A DNA stretch of 64,000 bases from NCBI GenBank assembly GCA_035495955.1, contig DATJFE010000082.1, positions 45,460-109,459 of the forward strand. The letters are read 5' to 3'. The notes under the pieces are model-generated. The model searched no databases. It saw only the letters and a program-made list of their open reading frames with translations, and was not told where the DNA came from. Source of the DNA: Vicinamibacterales bacterium. GTDB lineage: Bacteria; Acidobacteriota; Vicinamibacteria; Vicinamibacterales; 2-12-FULL-66-21. The position numbers and the translations under genes were made by a program. Below, one piece after another: positions 1 to 9,379 of the stretch (within the stretch, counting starts at the first letter, position 1; each line of letters opens with the position of its first letter).

Positions 1-496
1 CGATGTCGACGGACGCGCCACTATTCCGGGTCTGTTCGCCGCCGGAGAAGCCGCGTGCACCGGCGTCCACGGCGCGAATCGCCTCGCGAGCAATTCGCTG
101 CTCGAGGGTCTGGTATTCGGCGCCCGTGCCGGCGTCGCGATGCGGGAAACGGCCTCGACGGCGCCCAGAGCCGCGGAGGTGGCTCTGACGGTGGTCAAGT
201 TCATCCCCGGTTCGGCGAAGAGTTCGCAGGAGCTGGCTCCCGAAACCGCGCGCCGCGTGATGTGGCAGCGCGTCGGGTTATTTCGCAACAAAGCGGGGCT
301 CGACGAGGCTCTTGCGCAATTCGGGGCGCCGGCCGACGGTGAGCCGAGCGTCGTGACTGTCGGCCGTCTCATCGCGCGCGCGGCGCTGCGACGCGAAGAG
401 AGCCGCGGCGGGCATTACAGGCTGGATTTTCCGCAGCGCGACGATGGGCAATGGAAGCGGCGGGTGGCTGAATGCCGAGTGAATGCCGAATGCTGA
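1..496 (+). CDS. nadB: L-aspartate oxidase, C-terminal part (5' end lies outside the window)
   Basis: Frame 2 is open from base 2: DVDGRATIPGLFAAGEAACTGVHGANRLASNSLLEGLVFG, and later ESRGGHYRLDFPQRDD. Both are typical NadB C-terminal motifs. Track ORF 140..496 covers only the part after an internal Met. Confidence 0.85.
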   Translation, partial: DVDGRATIPGLFAAGEAACTGVHGANRLASNSLLEGLVFGARAGVAMRETASTAPRAAEVALTVVKFIPGSAKSSQELAPETARRVMWQRVGLFRNKAGLDEALAQFGAPADGEPSVVTVGRLIARAALRREESRGGHYRLDFPQRDDGQWKRRVAECRVNAEC

Positions 497-505
497 ATGC
501 TGAAG
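468..505. repeat. Tandem heptad array GAATGCC/GAATGCT, about 5 units, spanning the nadB stop and proS start
   Basis: Reads ctgaatgccgagtgaatgccgaatgctgaatgctgaagg. It encodes the nadB tail AECRVNAEC and the first codons of track ORF 497. Confidence 0.8.
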
Positions 506-1987
506 GAATCTATGGCAGAGAAGAGTGCGGAGCAGAACAAGGGGGAGCAGAAGGGCGCCGTGACCGAGATCACGCGACAGTCCGAGAACTTTTCGCAGTG
601 GTATCTCGACGTCGTCCGGCGCGCTGAGCTGGCGGACTACACCGAGGTGAAGGGCTGCATGGCGATCCGTCCGTACGGCTACGCCATCTGGGAACTGATC
701 CAGCAGGCGTTCGATCGGCGGTTCAAGGCGACGGGGCACGTGAATGCGTACTTCCCCCTGTTCATCCCGGCCGGACTCCTGAACAAGGAGAAGGAGCACG
801 TCGCAGGATTCACACCGCAGGTCGCGTGGGTCACCAAAGGGGGCGATGAGGACCTCGCCGAGCCGCTCGCGATCCGTCCCACCTCCGAGGTGATCATCGG
901 GACGCTCTACGCGAAGTGGATCAAGTCGTGGCGCGATTTGCCCGTCCTGATCAATCAGTGGGCGAACGTCGTCCGCTGGGAGAAAGTGACGCGTCCCTTC
1001 CTGCGCACGACGGAGTTCCTGTGGCAGGAGGGGCACACCGCGCACGAGACGGCGGACGAGGCGCAGGAGGAGACGCTGAAAATCCTCGCCCTCTACAAGG
1101 AGTGCGCGGAGAGCGAGCTTGCGATGCCCGTCGTGGACGGGCAGAAGAGCGAGTCCGAGAAATTCGCCGGCGCGTCGCGGACCTACTCCATCGAGGGCCT
1201 GATGGGCGACGGCCGGGCGCTGCAGGCCGGCACGTCGCACAACCTCGGCCAGAACTTCGCAAAGGCGTTCGGCATTCAGTTCCAGGGCCGCGACAAGTCG
1301 CTCCAGCATGCATGGACGACGTCGTGGGGCGTGTCCACGCGGCTGGTGGGCGGCGTGATCATGACGCACGGCGATGACAACGGATTGATCCTGCCGCCGA
1401 GGATCGCTCCTTATCAGGTCGTGATCGTGCCGATTCCGCGCGGCAACTGGCAGGAGACCGTGCTCCCGAAAGCGCGGGAACTGAAGGCCGCGCTCGAGGC
1501 GCGCGGCCTCCGCGTGTTTCTCGACGATCGCGATTCGCAGACGCCCGGATGGAAATTCGCCGAGTGGGAGCTCCGCGGCGTTCCCCTGCGGATGGAGCTC
1601 GGCCCGAAGGATCTCGAAAAGTCGGCCGTCATGGTGGCGCGGCGCGACACCCGGACGAAGGAGTCGATGCCGATGGAAGGCCTGGCGGAGGCGGTCGCGG
1701 CGAAGCTGGAGGAGATCCAGCGCGCGCTGTTCCAGCGCGCGCTGACGTTCCGCGACGAGCACACGACGCGCGTGAGCTCCTATGAGGAGTTCAAGAGCGT
1801 CATGGAGGGGCGCCCGGGATTCGTCATCGCCGGCTGGTGCGGGAGCGACGAGTGCGAAGCGCAGATCAAAGCCGATACGCAGGCCACCCTGCGGAACATT
1901 CCGTTCGGCGGCGCAGACGTCAAGGGAAAGTGCGTCCGGTGCGGCCGCCCCTCGCCGTCGGAAGCGTGGTTCGCCAAATCGTACTGA
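497..1987 (+). CDS. proS: Proline--tRNA ligase (archaeal/eukaryote-like type, no editing insertion)
   Basis: 496 aa. N-terminus has ENFSQWYLDVVRRAELADYTEVKGCMAIRPYGYAIWE. Class II motifs and C-terminal zinc-type CxxC...CVRCG are present. The true start may be the second Met at about 512. Confidence 0.9.
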   Translation: MLKESMAEKSAEQNKGEQKGAVTEITRQSENFSQWYLDVVRRAELADYTEVKGCMAIRPYGYAIWELIQQAFDRRFKATGHVNAYFPLFIPAGLLNKEKEHVAGFTPQVAWVTKGGDEDLAEPLAIRPTSEVIIGTLYAKWIKSWRDLPVLINQWANVVRWEKVTRPFLRTTEFLWQEGHTAHETADEAQEETLKILALYKECAESELAMPVVDGQKSESEKFAGASRTYSIEGLMGDGRALQAGTSHNLGQNFAKAFGIQFQGRDKSLQHAWTTSWGVSTRLVGGVIMTHGDDNGLILPPRIAPYQVVIVPIPRGNWQETVLPKARELKAALEARGLRVFLDDRDSQTPGWKFAEWELRGVPLRMELGPKDLEKSAVMVARRDTRTKESMPMEGLAEAVAAKLEEIQRALFQRALTFRDEHTTRVSSYEEFKSVMEGRPGFVIAGWCGSDECEAQIKADTQATLRNIPFGGADVKGKCVRCGRPSPSEAWFAKSY

Positions 1988-1992
1988 CGTCG

Positions 1993-2056
1993 ACAATGCC
2001 GAATGCTGGATACCGAATGCCTAAAGAAGCATTGTCAGCATTCGTCATTCGGCATC
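1993..2056. repeat. Inverted GAATGCC/GGCATTC heptad arrays forming an imperfect hairpin just after the proS stop
   Basis: Left arm is caatgccgaatgctggataccgaatgcc and right arm is gcattgtcagcattcgtcattcggcat. atgccgaatg pairs with cattcggcat. Confidence 0.7.
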
Positions 2057-2066
2057 CGGCTTTCAT

Positions 2067-3452
2067 GTGAAGCACCGTCAGCTCCGCGCGGCCCTGGGAG
2101 TTCTTGCGTGCGTGCTGACGGCGCTGCTCTACCAGCAAACGCTCGACCACCCGTTCGTGTTCGACGACCGCGCGGCGGTTCTGCTGAATCCGTCGTTGAT
2201 TGACGCGTGGAGCCTCCGCGCCGCGCTGCTGCTCAATCCCGCGCGGTCGGTCGTGAATCTGTCGTTTGCCCTCGATCGCGCCTTCTGGGGCTTCAGCTCG
2301 TTCGGCTACCACATCACCAACGGCATCCTGCACGTCGCCGTGGTGGGTCTCTTCTTCGGCTTCTGCACGCGCGCGCTGGCAGATGCCCGACCGAGAGACC
2401 AAGGGACGCGGGACCAAGGGACCCGGGACCAAGGGACCCGGGACCAAGGGACCGACTGGCCGGCGTTTTTCGCAGCCGCCGTGTTCGGCGTGCACCCGCT
2501 GATGTCGTCGACAGTACTGTATGTCGCCGCCCGATCCGATCTCCTGTGCGCGGCGGGTTTTCTGCTGGCGCTGATCGTCGCCAGGCGCGCGATTGCGAGT
2601 TCGAGCGCGGCCGCCGGTCTGTGTGCCGTTATGTGCGGCTTGTTCGCGCTTGCGTCGGGCCCCGCGGCCGCCGGCCTGCCAATCGTCGTCCTCGCGTTCG
2701 ATGCGTGGATCCTCCGCGATCGAGGATGGCGCCGCCGGGCGACGCGGGTCTACGTGCCCGCCATGGCGGCGATCGCGGTGGCGGGCGCATGGCAGGCACG
2801 GGCGGTGCTCGGCGCGAATCGGGTGCCGCCGCGCGGGCTGTTCGCGAACCTGCTGACCGAGTCGGTCGTGATCTGGCGGTACGTGCGGCTCCTGGTGGCG
2901 CCGTACGGGCAGTCGATGATCCACGACGTCCACTGGGCGCGCTCACCGGTCGATCCGCTCGGCGTCTGCGCCATCGCGCTCCTGGCCATCTCGATTGTGG
3001 CGGCCGTCCGGATCAGGCACGCGCGCCCGCTGGTCGCGTTCGGCGTCGTCTGGTTCGCCGCGGCGCTGGCGCCGACGTCGACCATTTTTCCGCTTCGAGA
3101 CGCAATGTCGGAGCCTCGCGCGTACCTTGCCGCCGCCGGATTGTTTCTTGCCGCCGCGTCGATGCTCGCGCATCCCCTTGCCTCGAGCCGCGTGGCTCGG
3201 GCGATCGCCGTCGGGGCGCTCGTCCTGTGCGGCGCCTCGACCCTCGCGCGGACGCGCGTGTGGGACGACCCGCTGGCGCTGTGGAAGGAAGCGATCGATC
3301 GCGCGCCGGGATCGTGGCAGGCGCATCTGGGCTATGCCGACGCCCTGCGCGAAGTCGACCAGTGCGGGCCCGCGAAGGAGGAGTACCGGACCGCGCTGCG
3401 GCTTTATCCCGCGAATGCGGACGCTCGAAGCGGATTGGAGCGCTGCCCGTAG
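2067..3452 (+). CDS. Multi-pass membrane protein with C-terminal TPR repeats (PMT/TMTC-like glycosyltransferase family candidate)
   Basis: GTG start. Several hydrophobic helices, and FGYHITNGILHVAVVGLFF resembles the YHxxNxxLH motif of TMTC/PMT_2-type proteins. C-terminal TPR-like WQAHLGYADALREVDQCGPAKEEYRTALRLYPANADA. Confidence 0.6.
   Translation: MKHRQLRAALGVLACVLTALLYQQTLDHPFVFDDRAAVLLNPSLIDAWSLRAALLLNPARSVVNLSFALDRAFWGFSSFGYHITNGILHVAVVGLFFGFCTRALADARPRDQGTRDQGTRDQGTRDQGTDWPAFFAAAVFGVHPLMSSTVLYVAARSDLLCAAGFLLALIVARRAIASSSAAAGLCAVMCGLFALASGPAAAGLPIVVLAFDAWILRDRGWRRRATRVYVPAMAAIAVAGAWQARAVLGANRVPPRGLFANLLTESVVIWRYVRLLVAPYGQSMIHDVHWARSPVDPLGVCAIALLAISIVAAVRIRHARPLVAFGVVWFAAALAPTSTIFPLRDAMSEPRAYLAAAGLFLAAASMLAHPLASSRVARAIAVGALVLCGASTLARTRVWDDPLALWKEAIDRAPGSWQAHLGYADALREVDQCGPAKEEYRTALRLYPANADARSGLERCP
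2395..2453 (+). repeat. In-frame 15-nt tandem repeat x4 (gggaccaagggaccc) encoding (RDQGT)4
   Basis: Reads gagaccaagggacgcgggaccaagggacccgggaccaagggacccgggaccaagggacc, translated PRDQGTRDQGTRDQGTRDQGTD in a predicted loop of the membrane protein. Confidence 0.9.
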
Positions 3453-3591
3453 CCATTCGTCATGGACTCCGGGAAGCCGCTGCCTGGTCGGCCTGAAGGC
3501 TGAATGCGTCTCGAAGCGACGAGCGCAGCGGGTGAGCCACGCGAACGGAGCGCGCCGGCGAAGCGGCGCGCGAGAGGGCGTGGAGGGGAGT

Positions 3592-3612
3592 CCGAGGGGC
3601 GAAGCCCTTCGG
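3592..3612. terminator. GC-rich hairpin ccgaggggc-gaa-gcccttcgg between convergent genes
   Basis: 9-bp stem (one G-U) with a GAA loop, 5 nt from the stop of the minus-strand gene 3618..4637. There is no clean U tract. Confidence 0.4.
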
Positions 3613-3617
3613 ATATT

Positions 3618-4637
3618 CTAGATGCGCGCCATCAGGTCGGCGGCCGCTTCCGGCCAGCGCGCCATCGTCCGCTTGACGGCCGTGTGACGGCGGGTCAGTC
3701 CTTCGCGGTGCACGATCGCGCGGAATGCCGCCGCCAGATGCTCGCGCCACCAGGTGTCGCTGCTGCGCGACGAGGCGTCGTAGGCGGCGGCGAGCGGCTC
3801 GAGGCAGCTCGCATCGCCGATGTCCTCGAGCGCCGCGACGAAAGCGACCGGCAGCCGCTCGGGGCCGAGGAGGCTGTCCCGCAGATCGTAGAGCGCCAGC
3901 CGGCTGTTGCGCGCTGCCAGCGCCTGGTGCGCGGCGCCGCGAACCGCGCGCCACTCTTCGCGCTGCAGGGCGTCGGGCTCGCGCTGCTCCCGCGCGCGCA
4001 GGTGGTCGACGAGATGCTGCAGTTCCGTGAGCCGCGCCGACGCGCGGGACGCCGTGAGGGCCGCCTTCATGGCGGCCGGTGAGCCGGGCAGCCGGCCGGC
4101 GACGGCTGCGTTCCAGATGTCGCGATCGTCGACAACGTCGGGCGGCCGGCCAGCAGCCTTCGAGCGCACGTCGGGATTGACGTCCGCCGCGAGCCGGGCG
4201 CGGATTGGCTCGCGGACGTCCTCCGGCGCCTCGCGCAGCGCCTCTATGGCGGCCAGGCGCACCGTCGCGGAGCGATCGGGATCGAGCGCCACGGCGACCA
4301 GCGCGTCGAGCGCGGCCGTCGAAATCTCGCCTCGCGCGGATTTCAGGAGCGCGCGCAGGACTCCGACGGCCGCGAGGGAGGCTTCCGGCGAGGCCGCCTT
4401 CAACGCGTCGCGCGCGACGGGCAGCGCGCGCGGATCCGCCGCCGCCTCGAGCGCCCGAAGAATCCCCGGACGCAGGTCCGGGCCCGCTTCCGGATATTCC
4501 CGCAGCAACTGCTCGATCGCTCTGGATCCGATCACGGCAAGCCGCGCGAGCGCGGACTCGCGGGTCACGCTGTTCGCGTCGGCGAGTCCACGGATCAATT
4601 GACGGACCTCGGTGCCCGCCGGGGGCCTGATCGGCAT
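3618..4637 (-). CDS. HEAT/armadillo-like repeat protein, function unknown
   Basis: 339 aa with repeated helical units: DANSVTRESALARLAVIG, DPRALPVARDALKA, DPDRSATVRLAAIEAL, NPDVRSKAA. Confidence 0.5.
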   Translation of the reverse strand: MPIRPPAGTEVRQLIRGLADANSVTRESALARLAVIGSRAIEQLLREYPEAGPDLRPGILRALEAAADPRALPVARDALKAASPEASLAAVGVLRALLKSARGEISTAALDALVAVALDPDRSATVRLAAIEALREAPEDVREPIRARLAADVNPDVRSKAAGRPPDVVDDRDIWNAAVAGRLPGSPAAMKAALTASRASARLTELQHLVDHLRAREQREPDALQREEWRAVRGAAHQALAARNSRLALYDLRDSLLGPERLPVAFVAALEDIGDASCLEPLAAAYDASSRSSDTWWREHLAAAFRAIVHREGLTRRHTAVKRTMARWPEAAADLMARI

Positions 4638-4660
4638 GAGCTATGGTAACGCGGTGGCCG

Positions 4661-6367
4661 TCAGCGCGTGATCCGCACCACGAGCGCGGCACGCCGGTTC
4701 AGACGCCGCGTCTCCTCGCGGGCGTTGTCGTATTTCGGCCGCTCTTCGCCGTAGCTGACCGTGTGCAGGCGATCGGCGACGATACCCTGGCTGGTGAGAT
4801 ACTGCTGCACCGCGTTCGCGCGGCGCCCACCCAGCGCGAGATTGTATTCGGCCGTGCCGATGTTGCAGGTGTGGCCCTCGATCTCGATCCGCAGTCCCGG
4901 ATTGTCCTGCAGCGCCTTGACGGCTTCGTCGAGCACACGCGTCGCCTCGGGCCGCAGGCTGTAGCGGTCGAAGTCGAAGTGCACGTCTTCGAACGTGACC
5001 TCCTTCAGCGCCTCCTTGATCACCTGGATCGTGACGACGTCCGACGCCGTGCCGCCCTTGCCGTCGTCCACGCGGACGCTGACCGGCACAGGGCCTTCCT
5101 GCATCGGCGCGGTCCACGACGTCTGGCGCGATGACGCGTTCGTGAGCGTGCCGGCCGCCGCGCTCCACAGGTAAGTCAGCGCGTCGCCGTCCTGGTCCTG
5201 GCCGTCGGCGGTGACCGCTGAAATCTTGCCGAGAAAGACCGTGCACGGCTCGCAGCGCGCGTGGACCGTCGGCGGATGGTTCTGCGCCACTGCGGCCGGC
5301 GGCGGGGCCGGGGGCGTCGGAGGCGGCGCGTAGACCCTGACCCCGGGGTGATACCCGATGCGACCCACGATGTCCATCTTGTCGCCGGCGCCGTTCGTGA
5401 GCGGGCTCAGGAACCTGTCCCGCTTGTCCATGTTGACGCGCCAGGTCCAGCCCGCGCCTGCGAAGAATCCGCCGCCGCGCTGCCATGTCAGGCCGACGTC
5501 GAGGTTCACCGGAGATTTGGTGTCGGACGAAAAGCCCACCGGCAGGAAGGAACCGTCTTCGCCGGACAGGACGGTCTTCGAGACGAGCGAACTCTTTGTG
5601 TAAGCCTCTCCGTCGAGTTCGACAGTCAGCCTCAGCGCCTGGCGCGACGGAAACCCTGCGCCGAGGCCCCAGCGGAAGCCGTTCGTGGTTTCGACCGCAT
5701 CCGGTTTGCCGCGCACGATGAATCCGCCGTACCCCGACACCTCCGCGCGCCGATTCAGCTCCCTGCTGGCGATCGCGTCGACCGCGATGTCGGCCCTGCC
5801 AGTACCCGCCCCGCTATCTTTGTCGCCCGTCGGGATCTTCAGCATCGCGCGCATCGCGAACGCGGCGGGCTTCTGGCGCCATTCGGACGCGAGGTTGAAT
5901 TTGGCGCCGACCCAGAAGTCGCCGACGTTGTTGCCGCTCCATCCCGCGCGCGCGAGCGGATTCTGCGGGACGACGCCCCCCGCCTGCGCGAACGCGGCGC
6001 TCGCCAGGAACAGCGGACGAATGTCCCGGTCGATGCGATTGACGGCGACGAACGAGCCGAAGATCTCTGCCCGATCGCGGATGCCGTAGCCGAACGTGAT
6101 CGGCCAGTTCGAGACGTCCGAGAATCCCTGGTTGTCGTCGAAGTTCACGCGGTACGCGCTGAGCGACCATCTCCGCGCGGGAAGTATCTCCGCCGTCGGC
6201 ACGTTCCACAAACCCGTGTCGCCAAGAAACGTCGTCGTCGCAGGTCTGACGCCAGAAGAGGCTTCGGCCGCCGAGGGAACGGACGGGAGCGGCGTCTGCG
6301 TCCGTGTTTGCGCTGACGCCGATACGCTGGCGGTCAGCACCATCAGAAGGACGGGAGAACACCTCAT
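4661..6367 (-). CDS. OmpA-family outer membrane protein (N-terminal porin-like region, Ig/PKD-like insert, C-terminal OmpA domain)
   Basis: Signal peptide MRCSPVLLMVLTASVSASAQT. C-terminal OmpA_C motif: FDFDRYSLRPEATRVLDEAVKALQDNPGLRIEIEGHTCNIGTAEYNLALGGRRANAV. Confidence 0.85.
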   Translation of the reverse strand: MRCSPVLLMVLTASVSASAQTRTQTPLPSVPSAAEASSGVRPATTTFLGDTGLWNVPTAEILPARRWSLSAYRVNFDDNQGFSDVSNWPITFGYGIRDRAEIFGSFVAVNRIDRDIRPLFLASAAFAQAGGVVPQNPLARAGWSGNNVGDFWVGAKFNLASEWRQKPAAFAMRAMLKIPTGDKDSGAGTGRADIAVDAIASRELNRRAEVSGYGGFIVRGKPDAVETTNGFRWGLGAGFPSRQALRLTVELDGEAYTKSSLVSKTVLSGEDGSFLPVGFSSDTKSPVNLDVGLTWQRGGGFFAGAGWTWRVNMDKRDRFLSPLTNGAGDKMDIVGRIGYHPGVRVYAPPPTPPAPPPAAVAQNHPPTVHARCEPCTVFLGKISAVTADGQDQDGDALTYLWSAAAGTLTNASSRQTSWTAPMQEGPVPVSVRVDDGKGGTASDVVTIQVIKEALKEVTFEDVHFDFDRYSLRPEATRVLDEAVKALQDNPGLRIEIEGHTCNIGTAEYNLALGGRRANAVQQYLTSQGIVADRLHTVSYGEERPKYDNAREETRRLNRRAALVVRITR

Positions 6368-6416
6368 CAGTATTTATGGTAGAGCTATGGATCGAGGCGA
6401 GTCAACTACCGCGAGG

Positions 6417-7223
6417 TCAGTCGGTTACGGGACGGGATGGTTTCTTCTTTCCGACGAGCGCGGCCAGCGCGATGCTGATGATGTACAGACCCAGCATCGG
6501 TATCGCCATGATCAGCTGGGACATCATGTCGGTTCCGGGACTGATAACGGCGGCCACGATGAAGATGATCAGCACGGCGTACTTGAAGTATTTCAGCAGC
6601 CAGCGCGCGCTGACGACCCCCATGCGCGCGAGAAAGAACACGATCGTCGGCATCTCGAAGATGAGCCCGAATCCGAGCAGCATCTTCGTGTAGAGCGAGA
6701 ACGCCTCGTCGATCTTCGGCATGAAGACCATGTAGTCCGTGGCGAAGCTGCCGAAGAAGATCCAGGTCCAGCGGAATGCGACGAAGTGCGAGAACAAGCC
6801 GCCGGTGATGAAGAAAATCGACGACAGCGCGACGAAGGGAATCGCGAACTTCTTTTCGTGGGAGTACAGGCCTGGAGCGACGAACTTCCAGATCTGATAC
6901 ATGATGAGCGGCGACGCGATGAAGATACCCGCGAGGAAGCCGATCTTCATGTAGAGCATGAAGGCGTCCCCCCCGCCGGTGTAAATCAACTTGTTGCCGC
7001 CCGGCAGGATCGTGTACATCGGCTTCATGACGAAGTCGAAGATCCGGCCGATGAACAGATAGGCGACGGCGCAGCCGGCGATCAGCGAATAGATGATGTA
7101 GATGAGTCGTTTCCGGAGCTCGTCGAGATGCTCCAGAAACGACATCTTGCTGCCGGAGTCATCGAACTCCTCGGGTTCGTCGTCGTCGCCGGGCCTGGCG
7201 CTGGGGAATGGCACGAGCGCCAT
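6417..7223 (-). CDS. tatC: Twin-arginine translocase subunit TatC
   Basis: MSFLEHLDELRKRLIYIIYSLIAG, six hydrophobic segments, 268 aa. Confidence 0.9.
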   Translation of the reverse strand: MALVPFPSARPGDDDEPEEFDDSGSKMSFLEHLDELRKRLIYIIYSLIAGCAVAYLFIGRIFDFVMKPMYTILPGGNKLIYTGGGDAFMLYMKIGFLAGIFIASPLIMYQIWKFVAPGLYSHEKKFAIPFVALSSIFFITGGLFSHFVAFRWTWIFFGSFATDYMVFMPKIDEAFSLYTKMLLGFGLIFEMPTIVFFLARMGVVSARWLLKYFKYAVLIIFIVAAVISPGTDMMSQLIMAIPMLGLYIISIALAALVGKKKPSRPVTD

Positions 7224-7231
7224 CGGGAGAA

Positions 7232-7528
7232 CTAGGCGCTGCCGTTCTGGCGGGGGACGTTGCCGATACTGTGATCGGTGCCGGTTCGTTCACTCTCGGG
7301 CTGGACCGAGGGCTCGATCGAACGGGGAGCTTCCTGCCGCTCGGCCGAACGCCGCTCTTCTACCCGGATTTCTTCGTCGAGCGTGCTCCGAAGCTCGTTC
7401 GAGGCCTTCTTGAACTCCGCGATGCTCTTGCCCAGGGACCGGCCCAATTCCGGCAGTTTTCTGGGCCCGAACACGATGAGCGCAATGGTGAAAATAATGA
7501 TCAGTTCGGGAATGCCTACGGATCCCAT
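7232..7528 (-). CDS. tatA: Twin-arginine translocase TatA/E family protein
   Basis: MGSVGIPELIIIFTIALIVFGPRKLPELGRSLGKSIAEFKKA is the canonical TatA N-terminus. Confidence 0.9.
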   Translation of the reverse strand: MGSVGIPELIIIFTIALIVFGPRKLPELGRSLGKSIAEFKKASNELRSTLDEEIRVEERRSAERQEAPRSIEPSVQPESERTGTDHSIGNVPRQNGSA

Positions 7529-7538
7529 ATAGCCCAGA

Positions 7539-7544
7539 ATTATA
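7539..7544 (-). promoter_or_regulatory. Perfect TATAAT -10 box 10 nt upstream of the tatA ATG (leaderless candidate)
   Basis: Minus strand reads ggggTATAATtctgggctatATG. There is no SD between box and ATG. Confidence 0.45.
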
Positions 7545-7563
7545 CCCCCGAAAGTCTGCTACG

Positions 7564-9195
7564 ATGCGATCCATGCGTATTCCCCGGTTTTTCCCCGTAG
7601 CCGCCCTGGCGATCCTGCTGTCGGCGCTTGCCGGAGGGTTCTTTGGGGCCCCGGCCCAGGCGACGCAGGATCAGGTCGCGCAACAGTATCGAATCTTCAC
7701 GGCGGCCCTCGTCGCGGTCGACCGGGAGTACGTCGACAAGGTCCAATCGGACCGCGTCATTTACGACGCGATTGGCGGCATGCTGCAGACGCTCGATCCG
7801 CATTCGAGCTTTTTCGACCCGAAGGCGTACGCGCAAATGCGCGAGCGGCAGGAGGGGCGTTATTACGGGATCGGGCTGTCGATCCAGACCGTGAATGGCG
7901 ACGTCACGGCGGTTTCGGTCTTCGAGGGCTCTCCGGCGTTCAAGGCTGGACTTCGCCGCGGGGACATCATCGCACGCGTGGCCGGGCAGGACGCCAAGAA
8001 CTGGACGACGGAACAGACCGCCGCCAAGTTGAAGGGCCCGAAAGGGACCAAGGTCCACATCTCGATCAAGCGGCCCGGCTACGACGAGTTGATCGAGCTC
8101 GATGTCGAGCGCGACGAAGTCAACATCGTCACCGTGCGCGGCGTGTTCATGCTCGATCCCCAGACGGGTTACATCAAGCTCGGCGACTTTTCCGAAACGT
8201 CCGACCGGGAGGTCGGGGACGCGCTCGACAAGCTGAAGGCGCAGGGGATGAAACGCCTCGTGCTGGATCTGCGCGACAATCCCGGCGGTCCCCTGAATCA
8301 GGCGATCCGCATCGCGAACCGCTTCCTGCCCAAAGGGGACATGATCGTCTACACGCGCGGCCGCGTGCCGAACGCGGACGAAGACTATCGCGGCACGGCG
8401 GCGCCGGATTTCACCGGCCCGATGCTGGTGCTCACGAACCGCAACAGCGCCAGCGCCTCGGAAATCGTCAGCGGCTCGCTGCAGGATCACGATCGGGCGC
8501 TGATCGTCGGCGAGACGACGTTCGGCAAGGCTCTCGTGCAGTCGGTCTACAACATCAGCGAAGGCGCCGGCCTCGCGCTGACGACCGGGCGCTACTTCAC
8601 GCCCAGCGGACGCATGATCCAGCGGCCGTGGGACAACGCGTTCGATGAATATCTCACCTACACGCTTCGCGAACAGACTGGCGCGCGCGAGCATTCGGCG
8701 ACGCAGCTGAAATACACCGACGCCGGACGGAAGGTGTACGGCGGCGGCGGCATCGAGCCCGACAAGTTCTTCGTCGGACCCGTGCAGGGCTTCAATCCGA
8801 CGCGATTCGGACGATCGCTCGTCGGACGGGCGGCGTTCCAGAACTACGCCGAGCGCTTCGCGGCGGAGGGCGACACGCGCCTCAGCGCGGCGTCGAAGGG
8901 CAAGAAGCGCCTCGCCCGCGGCTTCGTCGTGGATGATGCGATGGCGGCCGACTTCAAGAGCTTCATCCAGAGCGAGAAGATCAAGGTCGACGAAGAGGCG
9001 TTCGCGAAGGACATCGACTTCATCAAGGCGATGATCCACGACGAGATCGACGTCGCGCTCTTCGGCGTCGCGGAGGCCCAGAAGAACCTGGTCGTCAAGG
9101 ATCCGCAGGCGCAGTACGCCCTGTCGCAGTTCGGCGAGGCGGTCAAGCTCACCGAGCTCGTGCGCAGCCGCGCGGCGTCCAAGGGCGGGCACTAG
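7564..9195 (+). CDS. ctpA: Carboxy-terminal processing protease (peptidase S41, PDZ-containing)
   Basis: GIGLSIQTVNGDVTAVSVFEGSPAFKAGLRRGDII (PDZ), LVLDLRDNPGGPL, LTNRNSASASEIVSGSLQDHDRALIVGETTFGKA (catalytic Ser/Lys region). An alternative start is ATG 7573, which is preceded by TACGAT at 7560..7565. Confidence 0.85.
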   Translation: MRSMRIPRFFPVAALAILLSALAGGFFGAPAQATQDQVAQQYRIFTAALVAVDREYVDKVQSDRVIYDAIGGMLQTLDPHSSFFDPKAYAQMRERQEGRYYGIGLSIQTVNGDVTAVSVFEGSPAFKAGLRRGDIIARVAGQDAKNWTTEQTAAKLKGPKGTKVHISIKRPGYDELIELDVERDEVNIVTVRGVFMLDPQTGYIKLGDFSETSDREVGDALDKLKAQGMKRLVLDLRDNPGGPLNQAIRIANRFLPKGDMIVYTRGRVPNADEDYRGTAAPDFTGPMLVLTNRNSASASEIVSGSLQDHDRALIVGETTFGKALVQSVYNISEGAGLALTTGRYFTPSGRMIQRPWDNAFDEYLTYTLREQTGAREHSATQLKYTDAGRKVYGGGGIEPDKFFVGPVQGFNPTRFGRSLVGRAAFQNYAERFAAEGDTRLSAASKGKKRLARGFVVDDAMAADFKSFIQSEKIKVDEEAFAKDIDFIKAMIHDEIDVALFGVAEAQKNLVVKDPQAQYALSQFGEAVKLTELVRSRAASKGGH

Positions 9196-9197
9196 AG

Positions 9198-9246
9198 GGG
9201 TTCCTGGGTTCCGAGGTTCTGGTTCCGAAGGGTTCCAGGGTTCCGG
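9198..9246. repeat. Direct array of GGTTCC-based 6-10 nt units immediately after the ctp stop
   Basis: Reads ggttcctgggttccgaggttctggttccgaagggttccagggttccgg. Confidence 0.8.
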
Positions 9247-9379
9247 CGACATGGTTCGCAAACCGGGCCCGAGATCGAGAACGCCGGAGTGCCGAGTGCC
9301 GACGTTGGGCACTGACCCTATTACTTGTGCCGGTAGATTGTGCTTGCCCTAGGTATGGGGCATTGTTAGACTGACCGCC

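Noticed and set aside
278-1996. 572-aa minus-strand ORF covering the proS locus
   Set aside because: It runs antisense to a clearly recognisable prolyl-tRNA synthetase. Its composition (R/A/L/P/D rich, no motifs) is typical of high-GC shadow ORFs.
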